Origin: the human T2T-CHM13v2.0 reference genome, Homo sapiens
Assembly: GCF_009914755.1 (NCBI RefSeq)
Contig: NC_060947.1
DNA length: 64,000 nucleotides
Strand: one strand, 5' to 3'
Below, piece by piece: positions 37,640 to 50,600 of the stretch (the stretch's first letter is position 1; each line of letters opens with the position of its first letter). A program made the translations under genes and the position numbers. The notes below the pieces were generated by a model. It worked only from the letters and a program-made list of their open reading frames with translations. It did no database searches and was not told the DNA's origin.

Positions 37640-37720
37640 GGATTCATTCATTCATTTGCTCAGTGTTTATTTTGTGTGCTAACTCTGTGCTAAGCACCAG
37701 GCTTATTAACACACAGGATG
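37640..37720 (-). mobile_element. L2 3' end
   Basis: ATTCATTCATTCATTTGCTCAGTGTTTATT...CTGTGCTAAGCAC. Confidence 0.6.
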
Positions 37721-38409
37721 GGCTTTCAATGGATTCTTTTAATGTGTTCGTATTGCCATCCTATCAACATATGCTATCCTGGCCTGCCCTGGGAGCTAGA
37801 AAGAAAGAGGGTGCTGTGTCAGCAGGTGGAATTGAGTGAGCTCATCAAATGGCAGCCATTGAAAGCTGCGCGTCCCTTCTGGGGGAGATGTGGCTGGTAA
37901 CAGCTTTGAGGATGAAATAATGTGTGCCGACCTCAAGGACAAATTAGGGTAAAGCAAGGAGAAGAGAGAGGATGAAATAGTCTCTCCTCTTACAAACCTA
38001 AATTTAATTGTAGCTAATGGTAGTTCATGCCTTTCTTGTGAGAAGACAGGTCTTCCAAGCTGCATAAGGGGGCCAGTTACTGGAAATTTGGTGTAATTTT
38101 ATTCATTCGTATAATACAACTTGAGTTTTAAGATACTTTTTTTTAGGCATGAAAATTCATGCTTTTTCAACATCAGAAGAACATGAAAAAGTTAGTTTGT
38201 TTACATGCATAGCTGATAGTGTAATCAGTACTATTAAGCTGCTTTACAAAGTTAACCATTGGCAATTATGAAAATAAGTGAAAATTAAAGGGCAGTACTT
38301 AGATTTCAGTACAGCATTTTATATCCACTATTCAGTATTAGACTTTTTATGCAGTATCGTACCTTTATCCAGAGCCATCGCTCAATGCATATCTTTGAAA
38401 GTCCAATTA

Positions 38410-38622
38410 GAGTCTCAGAAAGAACATGGCTTTTTGTCAGAAAGACACCCAAATGCCAATTTTATCACTGCTGCTAATTCACTTGGACAAGTTGCTTTCC
38501 TCTCTGAGCCTCAGTATTTTCACCTGTAAATGAGGATAATAGTGCCAACATCGTAGGGATGCTGTGAAGTTCAGTGATGTACATGTAGCTCTTGGCACAT
38601 GGCAAGAGTTTAACAAATGTCA
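38410..38622 (+). mobile_element. MIR
   Basis: CTTGGACAAGTTGCTTTCCTCTCTGAGCCTCAGTATTTTCACCTGTAAATGAGGATAATAGT. Confidence 0.85.
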
Positions 38623-38779
38623 GCCACTTCCCAACCACCTGCCCCTCCGGCCTATCTCCCTCCACCTGTTCCTGTGCCAAGAGTTCAGGTGCTTTTCAAG
38701 AAGGACACAGACACTAAACCAGTGCCATCAGATTCTCTCTGTGGTTTTTGAATTATTTATGTTGTTTGTAATAGAAAGA

Positions 38780-39190
38780 GAGCTTAACTAGGACTGAGAC
38801 ATCTTCTGTTTAAAACAACTTAACATTTACAAACTATTTAATCTTGAATAAGTCACTTGGCCACTCTGAATTTCCATTTCCATATCTGTAAAATCAGCAT
38901 TATCAAACCATACAGTGTTATCTGAGACTCAGATAACGTTGTATGTGGAAAAACTTTGAAAACCCTCAAGCATTATAAAAGGCCAAGTTTGCTCAACAGT
39001 TTTATTGAGCACCTACTATATGTCAGTTACTGTTCTCATGCGCTCATGGAATTGACATTCTAGTTGGGAGAGTTCGGGATCAAATTAAAAGCTCTTTAAA
39101 AGTAGGGATTCAGTCCTATTTATCTTTGAATCATTACTACTTTCACAGTAAATTGTCATATAGGGTTTCATAAATGTTTAGTGCAATGGA
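38780..39190. mobile_element. MIR (+, ~38780-38980) followed by L2 3' fragments
   Basis: CTTGAATAAGTCACTT...CATATCTGTAAAAT; TTTATTGAGCACCTACTATATG (reversed L2 end). Confidence 0.65.
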
Positions 39191-39493
39191 AAGATAATTT
39201 ATATAAAGGAAAAATAAAGGAATTTATATAATTTTAATGATTATGTTGTCAAATGTTGTGGGAGATTCGTATGACAATAATAACCTCTAAATTCAATCTG
39301 TATCCAAGAATCTGATTAGAAAAAAAAATACCTGATAAAACAAGATAGGTATAAATTAGAAAGCTGAAGGCCAATTCTTATCTTGTTCGTGACTTAGGAA
39401 ATACTGGGTTCTGTAAGCCTGCAGTTCCTAGCATATTGCAGTGTTGATGGATATTAATTTCTTTTGGATATTAGAACATGAATTGCTGTACAT

Positions 39494-39712
39494 CAGCTGT
39501 TTTATTTAATCAGAGGTGATTTTGCTCCCAGGAGAAATTTGGCCAGTTCTGGAGATACTTTTGGATTGTCACAACTGACAAGGGGGTTGCTAGTGACATC
39601 TAAAGGGTAAAGGATAAGGATGCAGCTAAACATCCTACAATGCACAGGACAGTCCCCACAGCAAAGTATTAGCCTGTCCAAATGTCAATACTGCTGAAGT
39701 TGAGAAGCCCTG
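39494..39712 (+). mobile_element. MER20
   Basis: GGTGATTTTGCTCCCAGGAGA...TTGTCACAACTG...CATCCTACAATGCACAGGACAG...GTTGAGAAGCCCTG. Confidence 0.9.
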
Positions 39713-40576
39713 ATCTACGCAATAGAAGAACAAGAGTCTACATTTATTATTTTCTAACATTAATATATATTAGGACATTTTTATGCATAGTTGATAATAA
39801 TAGACTGGGTTTAATTGAATAAAAAATAATGTTGAATGTATGACTTTACATTTAAGAAATATATTTTTGCATTCTTTTCATATTGTATACATCTAAGTAC
39901 AGAAATTTTTTTTTTGGTATTTGTTTTGTAGCTGCATTAGAAATAGATGAGTTAGCATGTTCAGACATGCTCCATTCATCCTGAACATGAATGAAATGTC
40001 TGCCAGAGAAGGATCATTTCCTGCCATATTTCATGCTGGCAATCAGACTTGGTCTGTTTTAGTAGTGCTGTTAGCATTTTGAACAAATATCTTCCATATT
40101 CACAGGGAGGAAGATTTATTAAAATATTTTCAATTAAACTCATTTCAATTCTTGGTGCCAACATATTCTATTTGCTCTTGTATTATATGACTCTCATACT
40201 TGACTACACCTTCAGAAAGAGAGGCTATGTTTAGATATTAATCCTGAGGATTTCTGGAAAGTTGGTCATTCAAATATTTTTTACTACTCCTTTCTCTTTG
40301 ATATTTGATCCAAAGATTTTTATCCACCCAGAGCTAGTTCATTTTCAAGAAGCTTTATGTTTTTTATCTTTTTGAAAGTCCAGTTTTGAAGAGGGGTAAG
40401 GAGTTGGCACAACATTTCCAGAAGCTGATCAGAAAACTAAAATGTATCATTATGTGTTTTCTATAAGTATAATCCTTGGAATTGTTTTCCTAAATACATT
40501 TTTAAAAATGGTTTAAGAAGCGAAGCAACAATGTGTTAAATAAACTCTTTTAGGTTGCCATTCAGAAGCAGTTCAA

Positions 40577-41128
<552 letters not shown>

Positions 41129-42260
41129 GCAGTATAAGAGTAAATCTTTAAAAATGTGATCTATAATCTTCTATGGTGTTGATAAAACTTTTCTTTAAAC
41201 GTTGTGTCAGTATTATCTGTCATAATGTATAATTAAAATGTATACTCATTATTTAATCATTGCATATTTGTACTTGAACATCCTAAAGTTAGTTTCATAT
41301 CTCTTTATATCTGAAATATAAAATATTTACAAATTGATAATTCTGTATAATACAAAGTCATTAAAATTTTTTAAAATTACTCTTGTGAAAACCGTGCCTT
41401 CTCTCAGATAATATAGTCTAATAAACTTCAAATTCACTATAAATATTTATTAGTTAATCCTTTTTACACAGTTCTACTTTCCTTAAATACTCCTTTTAAA
41501 ATTAGCAATGCAGTTACAAAATCTATAAAATCAGGAATGTTGAAGGGCTTAATTACAGTGTCTGTTTGAAGCGTTCTTTAGATAGTGGAATAATCATGCT
41601 TTAGAAACAGTATTTGCTCAATTACATGAAATGGACTCTTTTGTGGTTCCATCTGCAGATGGAAATGACTTATTTGTACATGTCATCGTATATGAATTAT
41701 TTGTTTATGCTATCAATTCATCACATTAAATCAGAATCAAGGCTATTTCCCAGAATGAAATTGTACCTTCTTTCTTTAAGACAAGTACCACTTTTGTTCT
41801 CAGGTATCCATCATTTAGAAATTGGTCACTGGCAAGATTTGTCTCAGAAACACTTAGGAAGTTATGCCATCAGATTATCCTTGGCAAATGTTTAAAAGGG
41901 TTGGGGGAAAACAAGAGAAGAATAAAGAAACTCTGCCTGCCTAAAAATTGTAAATAAATCTTTAACTTCAGGGAAATCTGGATGCTGAAGCTTGTCACAA
42001 AAACTCAGATGGGAGCATTAGTGTTTCTCCAAGGAAACTCTTCATTTCTGAAGCAGTTTGTATGGTATCTGTTCTTTTCATGATGGTCAAGATTATGCAA
42101 TTGCTTTTGTATTAGTGAGAGTATTCAACTTATGTAACAAATGTTGAGACTTAACACAGTAAAAATTATTTCTTACTCATGCCATTATCTAGAGAAGGGA
42201 GAGGGGAAGATTTTCTTCTCCACACAGTCATGCAGCAACTCAGGATCTTTCAGTCTAGGA

Positions 42261-42921
42261 AGCAGCTAAGTGTGGCCTGTGGGTTAAGCATGGTGTTTTA
42301 GTTAGTTCCAGCTGCTATAATAGAATCCCACAGATTGAGTGGCTTGTAAACAACAAACAGTTATTTCTCACAGTTTTGGAGGCTAGAAGTCTGAAATCAG
42401 GGTGCCAGCATGGTTGGATTCTGGTGAGAGCCGAATTCCTGGCTCACAGATAAGCATCTTCTCGCTGTGTCCTCACAGGAAGAAATGAGGGTGATAGAGC
42501 TCTCCGGAGTCTCCTTCATAAGGAAACAAATCCCATTCATGAAAGCTGAACACTCATGACCTCATCGCCTTTCAAAGGCCTCACCTCCTAACACCATCAC
42601 ATTTGGGATTAGGATTCAACATATGACTTTTGGGTGGAGAGATAAACCTTCAGTTCATACATAACACGTGGTTTTGACTTTTATAATGTTTACAATAACC
42701 AACAAACATTTTTGACCATGAAAATTATATGCAATTCAGATTGCTGAGTTTACCATTGAAAATTGTACTGGAATACAGTCATGCTCATTTGTGTACTTAT
42801 TGTCTATGGCTGCATTTGTGCTACAGTGGTAGAGTTGAGTGGTTGTGACAGAGACAATGTGACCCACAAAGTCTAAATTTTTTCTGTCTTGCCCTTTACA
42901 GAAAAAGTTTGGCAACCTCTA
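42261..42921 (+). mobile_element. MER58B-like, middle layer of a nest
   Basis: TGAAAATTATATG...TTGTCTATGGCTGC...CCCTTTACAGAAAAAGTTTGGCAACC; flanks GTCTAGGA/TTCTAGAG. Confidence 0.8.
42294..42666 (-). mobile_element. MLT1A/MLT1A0-like LTR, inner layer of a nest
   Basis: TTTCTCACAGTTTTGGAGGCTAGAAGTC...TTCAACATATGACTTTTGGG; TSD CATGG/CGTGG. Confidence 0.9.
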
Positions 42922-44271
42922 TTCTAGAGGCTTGAACTTCGTGGAACTCTCAGGCGGTTTTAAGGGCAAGGCTAATAATATGTGGCTCTGCCTTCACAGT
43001 TGGCTGGAACTCAAGCATGTATCCCCAGTGTCTATAAGGGAGGCCGGTAAATGCAGTCTAGTAAAGTGATGCAGATGAGAGACCACAGATATAGTGAACA
43101 AGAGTCAATGTCAGACATTTTATAGGAGGAATTTATTGTGTGGACTCACCTTTGAGTCCTGCCTTCAACTATGACTTCGTCTTATTTTAAGTTCAGTAAA
43201 TGCATGAGCTCTTTTATTCCCTCTCCCCAAGCTGTCATTATTTCAGCTCATCACACTTTATTTCCTTAATGTGCATAGTCACAAAATGAAAGACAACTGG
43301 TTTGTTTTTTGGTTTTTATGGGGCTTTTTATAGATCAAGATAAGCAATGTGATTAAAACAGCAGGGGTGTCCAATAATTGAGTTGGGTTTGCCAGGCTCA
43401 TTTGTGTATTTACTGAACTAGTCATGCAATAGGTGTTAGAAATATTGATCAAGGCAGTGTTTTATTTTTATGGATCCTGTTGTCCTTTTTGGTCTGATTG
43501 CACCTGCCAATGTTTGTGAGTTATTTTCAAATGGGCACCTTCCAAAAGGGTAATGTTTCATTGGTGTAGTAAATTTCATGTGAGTGTAGTTGCTCCTATA
43601 AATTCAAAGGTTGTGATCAGCCAGATTTTTCCTTCAAGACAGAAGAAAGAGACAAATAACAGGAATATGGCAATAAGAGATTTTTATATTACTAAAGGGA
43701 GGCCCTTCATAATAAAAACCAATAGGATCCTTGATTTTTGTTGGGTTCCTGGGAATTTCTCAATATCAGTAATAACTTTTTAAAAGCTGGCAACAATAGA
43801 AATTACAAACATTTATCAGCCCACCAAAAGCAGTGTATAAAACTGATGTTTGACTCATTACATTCCAAAGATTTATCTGTTTTGGCTTAAAATCAGGACA
43901 AGACTGACTCAGACCTTGTCCAAGTGGGTCACTTTCATGCCATCAACTTTGGGTGTATGAGAGTTCTTCGAGGACTTTGGAAGAGTCACAGTTGCATGGA
44001 AAATGGAAGGTAGAGAAGTGGCAAAGTGTACATTCTTTGTAATTTCCAGCTTTTTAACTTACGTATATCAAAATACTACTGCCAAACCCCAATATTCGAG
44101 ATTTCGTGGTGAAAGCACACTTCCAACTTTCATGTAGAGTTATTATCTCTCTATTGCCATCAAGGCAGCCTGACCCCTGACTGGGGCGGCTACTCTGGTG
44201 AGTGTCAGACATCTTGGGGTAGACTTGGAATTGCTCAACAGTGGCTAGCAGATATAGAGAAAGGAAAATAA

Positions 44272-44650
44272 GGCCTGGCACACTGGCTCACGCCTGTAAA
44301 CCCAGCACTTTGGGAGGCCGAGGTAGGATGATCACTTGAGCTCAGGAGTTTGAGACCAGCCTGGGCAACATAGTGAGAAACTATCTCTATAAAAAGTTTA
44401 AAAAATTTGCCTGGCATGGTGGCATGTGCCTGTGGTCCCAGCTACTCAGGAGGCTTAAATGGAAGGATCTCTTGAGCCCAGAAGGTCAAGGCTGCAGTGA
44501 GCTATGATCGCACCACTGCACTCCAGCCTGGGCAACAGGGTGAGACCCTGTCTCTAAAAAAAATAAGAAGAAGAAGGAGAAGGAGAAGGAGGGGAAGGGG
44601 AAGGGGAGGAGGAGGAGGAAGAGGAAGAGGAAGAAGAAGAAGAAGAAAAG
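44272..44650 (+). mobile_element. AluJ with (GAA/GGA)n purine tail
   Basis: Full dimer 44272-44563 followed by an ~85-nt pure-purine tract. Confidence 0.95.
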
Positions 44651-45389
44651 TAAGACATTGCTAGGACTTTTCTGGCACTCCATGGCATCCTCACACATCA
44701 CTTCCTTTCCTCTAAACTTTCCAGTAGGTCCTCCATATACTTTAAGGTTGTTGCCTGACTTTGGAATTGTAACTGAGGCTAAATGTGACTATATCTATAT
44801 TTTAAAAATTATTTTCAGCTTGTAATTAAGAAGATTCAGTGTATGGGCCCACATGACTAACCAATCCACTGTTCTCCAAATGACTATGCATTTCTATTAG
44901 ATGATCCTCTCATTTCTAATAAAATTAATGGTCATCTCTGTTCAACAACCTTGTACTCTCATTCACAGCATCCTTTCCAAACTGACCTGTTCTAAAAAAA
45001 AAATGCATTGAATGGTGAGTTTACATGCAAGGAGTCTCTATTACTTTATTTTAAACAGGAAGAACAATAATGTACTTCCAACCCATCTAAAACTCTAAAC
45101 AGTTTCCCCCAAATATCAATAAACTAATCTATAACATTCTATAATGGATTTCTGCATAACACAAAGCATTTAGAACAAAAATTGCCAAACTATTTAACAT
45201 TTAACAAATGCATTTGTGGGCTTGGGTGCAGTATATAATGCTACTGTGCAATGTTAAGTGCAAATTACATCTTCCTCCTCTACTGCAACAAACACACTAC
45301 TGCCAATAAACATTGGATTGACCTGTATGCAAAGTATATAGAGACCTGAAAATGACTCAGTTATCTCTTCCTTGTGTTTACCTGTTTCT

Positions 45390-45829
45390 TTTTTTCTTTC
45401 TCGAGACAGAATGTTGCTCTGTCATCCAGGCTGTAATGCAGTACCACAGTCATAGTTCACTATAGCCTTGATCTCCTGGGCTCAAGCCATCCTCCTTCCT
45501 CAGCCTCCTGAATAGCTAGGAATACAGGCCCATGCCACCATGCCCAGCTAATTTTTAAAAATTTTTTGTAGGCACAGGATCTTGCTATGTTTCCCAGGTT
45601 GGTTTCAGACTCCTGGGCTCAAGCAATCCTCCTTCCTTGGCCTCCCAAAGTGTTAGAATTATAGGCATGAGCCACCACACCTGGCCCCAGCTAATTAAAA
45701 AAAATCTTTTGTAGAAATGGGATCTCTCTATGTTACCCAGGATGATTTCAAACTTCAGGGCTCTAGTGATCCTCCAGCCTTGGTCTCTCAGAGTGTTGGG
45801 ATTACAGGTGTGAGCCACTGGACCTGGCC
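45390..45829 (-). mobile_element. Trimeric Alu (left-left-right), AluJ-type
   Basis: Full dimer at 45390-45685 plus an extra left arm at 45686-45829, all inside one TSD TGTT(T/C)ACCTGTTTCT (45375-45389 and 45830-45844). Confidence 0.9.
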
Positions 45830-46437
45830 TGTTCACCTGTTTCTGTATGCTTCGTCATTCCCACCTCGTGTTTTAACATGAGATTTTATAGCTTTCCTAT
45901 CTTTCCTACTTTGTTCATGGAATTTTCCATCTTCTTAAAGGGCATTTTCAATTGATAATATGGAAAAGACTATCATGCTTATGCACAAGATATTTAAACA
46001 ACTCAAGCACAGGATGTGTTCCAATCCAATAACTGCAGTGCAATCCACATCCTCTCTTCTAGCCTGAAGAGCACATTGAACATTTTCACTGGCATACATG
46101 TGCAAATTAATCATGGCAGGTTTTCATTTTAGTTAGCGAATTGAGTGTACAAATGTCTTATATGTTGTTATAGCAGATATTTGGAAGGTGAGAGTAAAGT
46201 TTCGGGGCATCTCTATAAGATTGCTTTTATTCACAAAACTGAAGATGCTCTTGTCATTATATAGCATACTAAAGGTTCTAGGTGGAGGAAACAAACCTAG
46301 TTTTTTTTTTTCCATGGAAGTTTTTGTCTATGACATGTGGGAAGGTGAAGCATGATAAGCATTTATTCCAGGCACTGTGCAGCATCCTGGACCCACATTC
46401 CTCACACTGGAGCAGAAACAGTTGTCCATCTAAAGGG

Positions 46438-46438
<1 letters not shown>

Positions 46439-46469
<31 letters not shown>

Positions 46470-46738
46470 AGGCAAAGCCCAGTTCTGTCGCCCAGGCTGG
46501 ACTAGAGTACAGAAGTGAGATCTTGACCTCCTGGGCTCAAGCGATTCTCCCACCTCAGCTTCCTGAGTAGCTGGGACTACAGGCATACACCATGTTGCCC
46601 AGCTAATTTTTTAATTTTTTGTAGAGATGGTATCTTGCTATATTGCCCAGTCTGGTCTTGAACTCCTGGGCTCAAATGATCCTGTTAAGTTGCCCTACCA
46701 GAGTGATGGGATTACAAGTGTGAGCCACTGCACCTGGC
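46439..46738 (-). mobile_element. AluJ with a small right-arm deletion
   Basis: ~30-nt T tract and two arms; GGCTCACTGCA segment missing at ~46520; (GTTTT)n follows at 46740-46775. Confidence 0.93.
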
Positions 46739-46745
46739 GTTTTTG

Positions 46746-46777
<32 letters not shown>

Positions 46778-47254
46778 TTTTTTTTAAATGAAGCTGCATT
46801 TCTTCTTCCAAAGAGGAGGTATGCCCAGAAACTGCATGAGATTGGGTGGGCTGGCTATCAGTTGGAGTCCAGCCCAGCCTAGAGGATTCTGCCTTTGGCT
46901 CAGCTAAATTTCTCTTGTTCACTCCCCTCTAGTTGGGATGAAGTTACTTCCACCTCCCCTCAGGGCTGGAAGAGACAAACATATGCCCCTTCAGACTTGG
47001 TCACTCTAAGCACTTAGTGGATGGGGAGATGGTTTTTCTTTTTTCCACATGGGATCTCCCTTCTCTTGAGGCAGTAGAAGAAATGTTATTTTTTCCAGTT
47101 AAGGAAGAGGTTCACTGTGGACTGCTAAGTTGACTGGCGCCCTAGTTCTGCTTTATTGGAGAGATTTCAGTCAAAGCCCCTTTTGTATTGCTACACATAT
47201 TGTTGCCAGGCCAGGGAGGGAGTGAGGTATGAGTGGTGGTTGAAATCCAGAAAT

Positions 47255-47325
47255 AGTGTAGCCTGTAAAGTCTAAAATATTTACTAAAAAATTGGCTCTT
47301 TGGAGGAAAAGTTTACCAGCTCCTG
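47255..47325 (+). mobile_element. MER58 3' fragment
   Basis: GCCTGTAAAGTCTAAAATATTTACT...GGAAAAGTTTACCAGCTCCTG TTCTAG. Confidence 0.65.
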
Positions 47326-47403
47326 TTCTAGTCCATGTGCTGTGGACCTGGGATCCTGAAATTCTGCTTCCAGGGCTCCGAAGGATAGGTCACACTGAAG
47401 AAT

Positions 47404-47475
47404 GTTCCAGTGGGTCTGTTTGCAGAGGCAAGGTGGACAGTTCCAGTGGGTCTGTTTGCAGAGGCAAGGTGGACA
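47404..47475. repeat. Perfect 36-bp tandem duplication
   Basis: GTTCCAGTGGGTCTGTTTGCAGAGGCAAGGTGGACA at 47404-47439 and 47440-47475. Confidence 0.98.
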
Positions 47476-48213
47476 GAGCTGAGATGCCTGGACTGCACAT
47501 CCACATGGAGCTCTGGAGTGGCCCTGAGTGTGAGTTGGGGAGAGGAGAGGGGTGGCATAGGCAGGGTCCTGAGGCAGTCTCCTTCTGCCACACCGTGGTG
47601 GCACTGTGAGGGGCGTAAAGTTTTTAAATTTGAAACTACCTTGCAAGTCCTTATGAAAGAACGTTTGTCAGATTACGAGGGTAGAACACATGTTTGATTT
47701 AACAGATTAGTAGTTGATTTGGAACTTTTACATAATTGGATGTATAGTGTGTGGCCCTCTATTTGCGTTCTTTCCCAAACCTGCATATGTTGAGGGTGGG
47801 CCTGCAGGAAGAGGGATGACTGACTCATTTACATAAAGGCACTCTGTATGCAGAGAGAGGTAGTTGCCTGGTTGAATCGCCCTTAATCTGGGCTTTCCTT
47901 TTAAAGCGCTCTTGCCCAGAAATGATAAGAAAAAGGGGAAAACAGTGGGTTGGGATTTTTTTCTCACAAAGGAACTATATTTGCGGCCAGCTCTGAGGCT
48001 CATAAGCTTCTTAGCAAGACAAAGAGAACCCAAGTGTTGAGAAGTGCCAGCAAGTCCTTTGTCAGACACTAAATATTTTCTGCCAGAGCAGTAATGATAA
48101 TTGACGTCACCCACTTGGTCTCTTTTTTTCAATCTCTTCTCCTCTCTTATGTCCTCTTTTTTTTTTTTTTTTTTTTTTCAAGGAGTTCTTGGCTTCCTCT
48201 CATAGAGGATGTC

Positions 48214-48627
48214 TGCTCTGGTTTGAATGCCACCTCCAAAGCTCATGTTGAAATTCAATTGCTATTGTGATGGTATTAAGAGATGAGACCATCAAGAGAT
48301 GGTTAGGCTATCAGTGCTCTGCCCTCATGAATGGATTAATGCTGTTATCATGGGTGTGGCTAGTTATCATGGGAGTGGGTTATCTTAGGAGTGGGATCCT
48401 GATAAGAAGGATGAGTTCAGCCTATTCCTCTCTTTCACTGTCTCTTGTGCTCCTTTGCCCTTCTGCCTTCCACCATGGAGTGACTCAGCAGGAAGCCCAT
48501 TGCCAGATATGGGCCCCTGGACCTTGGACTTCCTAGCCTCTAAAACTGTAAAAAATAAATTCCTTTTCAATATAAATTACCCAGTCTGTGGCATTTCTGT
48601 TACAGCAACACAAAATGGACTAAGACA
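48214..48627 (+). mobile_element. MSTB-family MaLR LTR
   Basis: TGCTCTGGTTTGAATG...AAATGGACTAAGACA; perfect 5-bp TSD ATGTC. Confidence 0.93.
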
Positions 48628-49733
48628 ATGTCCAAATGTAATCACCATGGATGGATTGACTCAGAGTTGCCTGTACTTAAATTATGGTTCCAGTATCTTC
48701 TGCTTCAACCAGGGATGCCAGTGGTATTCTTCCCCTTTAGGGTTTTGCAAACAGATGTTTTGACAACTAACCACTGCTTCTTGTGATTCATTTCCTTGGA
48801 ATTACTGAACCCCAAACCCCACGGGGTTTCTGAAAAGCCTGCTTCTCAGTTGGATTGCTGCTGTGTTAAAAAATCAAAGAAGTTTTGGTTCACATTGCAT
48901 CAAAATGAGATCCGTCCTTCCATTTCTAAGAGCTGACTCTTCATTCACTTCACTGAAATGAAGAGCTTCGATTTTCCACCATATTCTGATATGTAAAGGT
49001 TACCTTTGCGTGCTCTTAGCAGACAAAAATGCTAGAGTGGTAGAAGAATACTTACAGGATTATTCAGCCCTTAGAATCATTGCTTCATCGATAGTCCAGG
49101 GTACAGTGGCCTGCTATGAAACCACTGTGGATTCTAGGATGAGCCCATTAATTTTCTTGAGCTTTATGGTGTTCATTCCTTGAAATTGGAGTAAGACTGA
49201 GATTATTTTTAAGGATATATTTTCACATTATCTGATAATGCTGTTGAACCACTTAGAGTCATAGGAAAAATACATATTTTTTTCTTTGCATAATTCTTAT
49301 GGCAATTTCTGTTCTTTTTTTTTTCTACTGATGAGAAATAGTACAGACAAAAGGAGATACATATTGCATGAGATTCCTGAACCAGTGTAGCATTTTTTAG
49401 CACATTTTAGTATAATCTTTCCTGGACACCTTAAAATTAAGGACTCACTTTCCATTAACGTGATGGTCATAGAGTATCATCATATCTGCCAAGATAAGAT
49501 TCTTATAATTTGAAAAGAAGGTGGTGAAAAATTCAGAAACCAGATTTCTGGCCACCTAAGTTTGTGATTTAAACCCAGAAGTGTTGCCAGCTAATAAGCC
49601 TAGGATAAGATATTTTGGTCTAATAAACCAGCAATTGGTGCCAGTTGGACTCTTAAGGGGATTCAGAGTAGGTGAGATTTTTCTTGGATTTTCTTGTCTT
49701 ACTCTTTCTTTTGCCACTTCCTTATTTCTAGAG

Positions 49734-49958
49734 CAAGGATTCTCAACATCAGTACTATTGACATTTTGGGCTGAAGAATTCTTTGTTGTGCAGGGCTATC
49801 CTGTGCATTGTAGGGTGTCTGGCAGCATCCCTGGTTTCTACCCACTGGATATCCATAGCATCCCCTCCCCTAGTTGTGATTATCAAAAATATCTCCAGAT
49901 ATTGTCAAATGGCCCCTGGAAGAGAGGAGCAAAATCACTCCTAGTTGAGAACCTCTGC
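49734..49958 (-). mobile_element. MER20
   Basis: TTCTCAACATCAGTACTATTGACATTTTGGGCTG...TCTCCAGATATTGTCAAATG...GTTGAGAACCTCTG. Confidence 0.9.
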
Positions 49959-50131
49959 TCCCTTCTGCCAGTTGCTGGGTGCTCCACGTTATTGTCTAGA
50001 GTTCTGAACTAATCACACCAGTAACCCATCCCCAAGTTCCATCCTCGGGAGTGCCCGAGCTCCAAAATCATTGCTCTCTCCACTAAGGCATGGCCCTCAC
50101 CAAGGATGGATATGATATATTACTTGTTTAA

Positions 50132-50374
<243 letters not shown>

Positions 50375-50439
50375 TAATCAGTAAAAAATAAGAGACTGTC
50401 TGTAGGTTTACTAATAGTCACTTGGTGTTTTTTGAGACT

Positions 50440-50600
50440 TGTGGCAATTTTATCAGATAGGTAAGGTTATAAAAGCGGATATTGAGACTCAGGGAGATTA
50501 AATAATTTGAACAAGTTCAGGCAGTTTGGTATAACAAAGCAGGACTACCATTCAGGTCTCTTGAATCTTAACCTGGTGATCAAAGTGTTTTGAAATGTCA
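50440..50600 (-). mobile_element. MIR fragment
   Basis: ATTGAGACTCAGGGAGATTAAATAATTTG...CAGGTCTCTTGAATCT. Confidence 0.55.

Larger units (their letters stand above)
42108..43100 (-). mobile_element. MLT1J/K-like LTR, outer layer of a nest
   Basis: TTAACACAGTAAAAATTATTTCTTACTCATG...; resumes TTGGCTGGAACTCA...AAGGGAGGCCGGTAAATGCAGTCTAG. Confidence 0.6.

Noticed and set aside
49581-50012. Longest ORF (143 aa)
   Set aside because: Largely a read-through of MER20, with a non-ATG start
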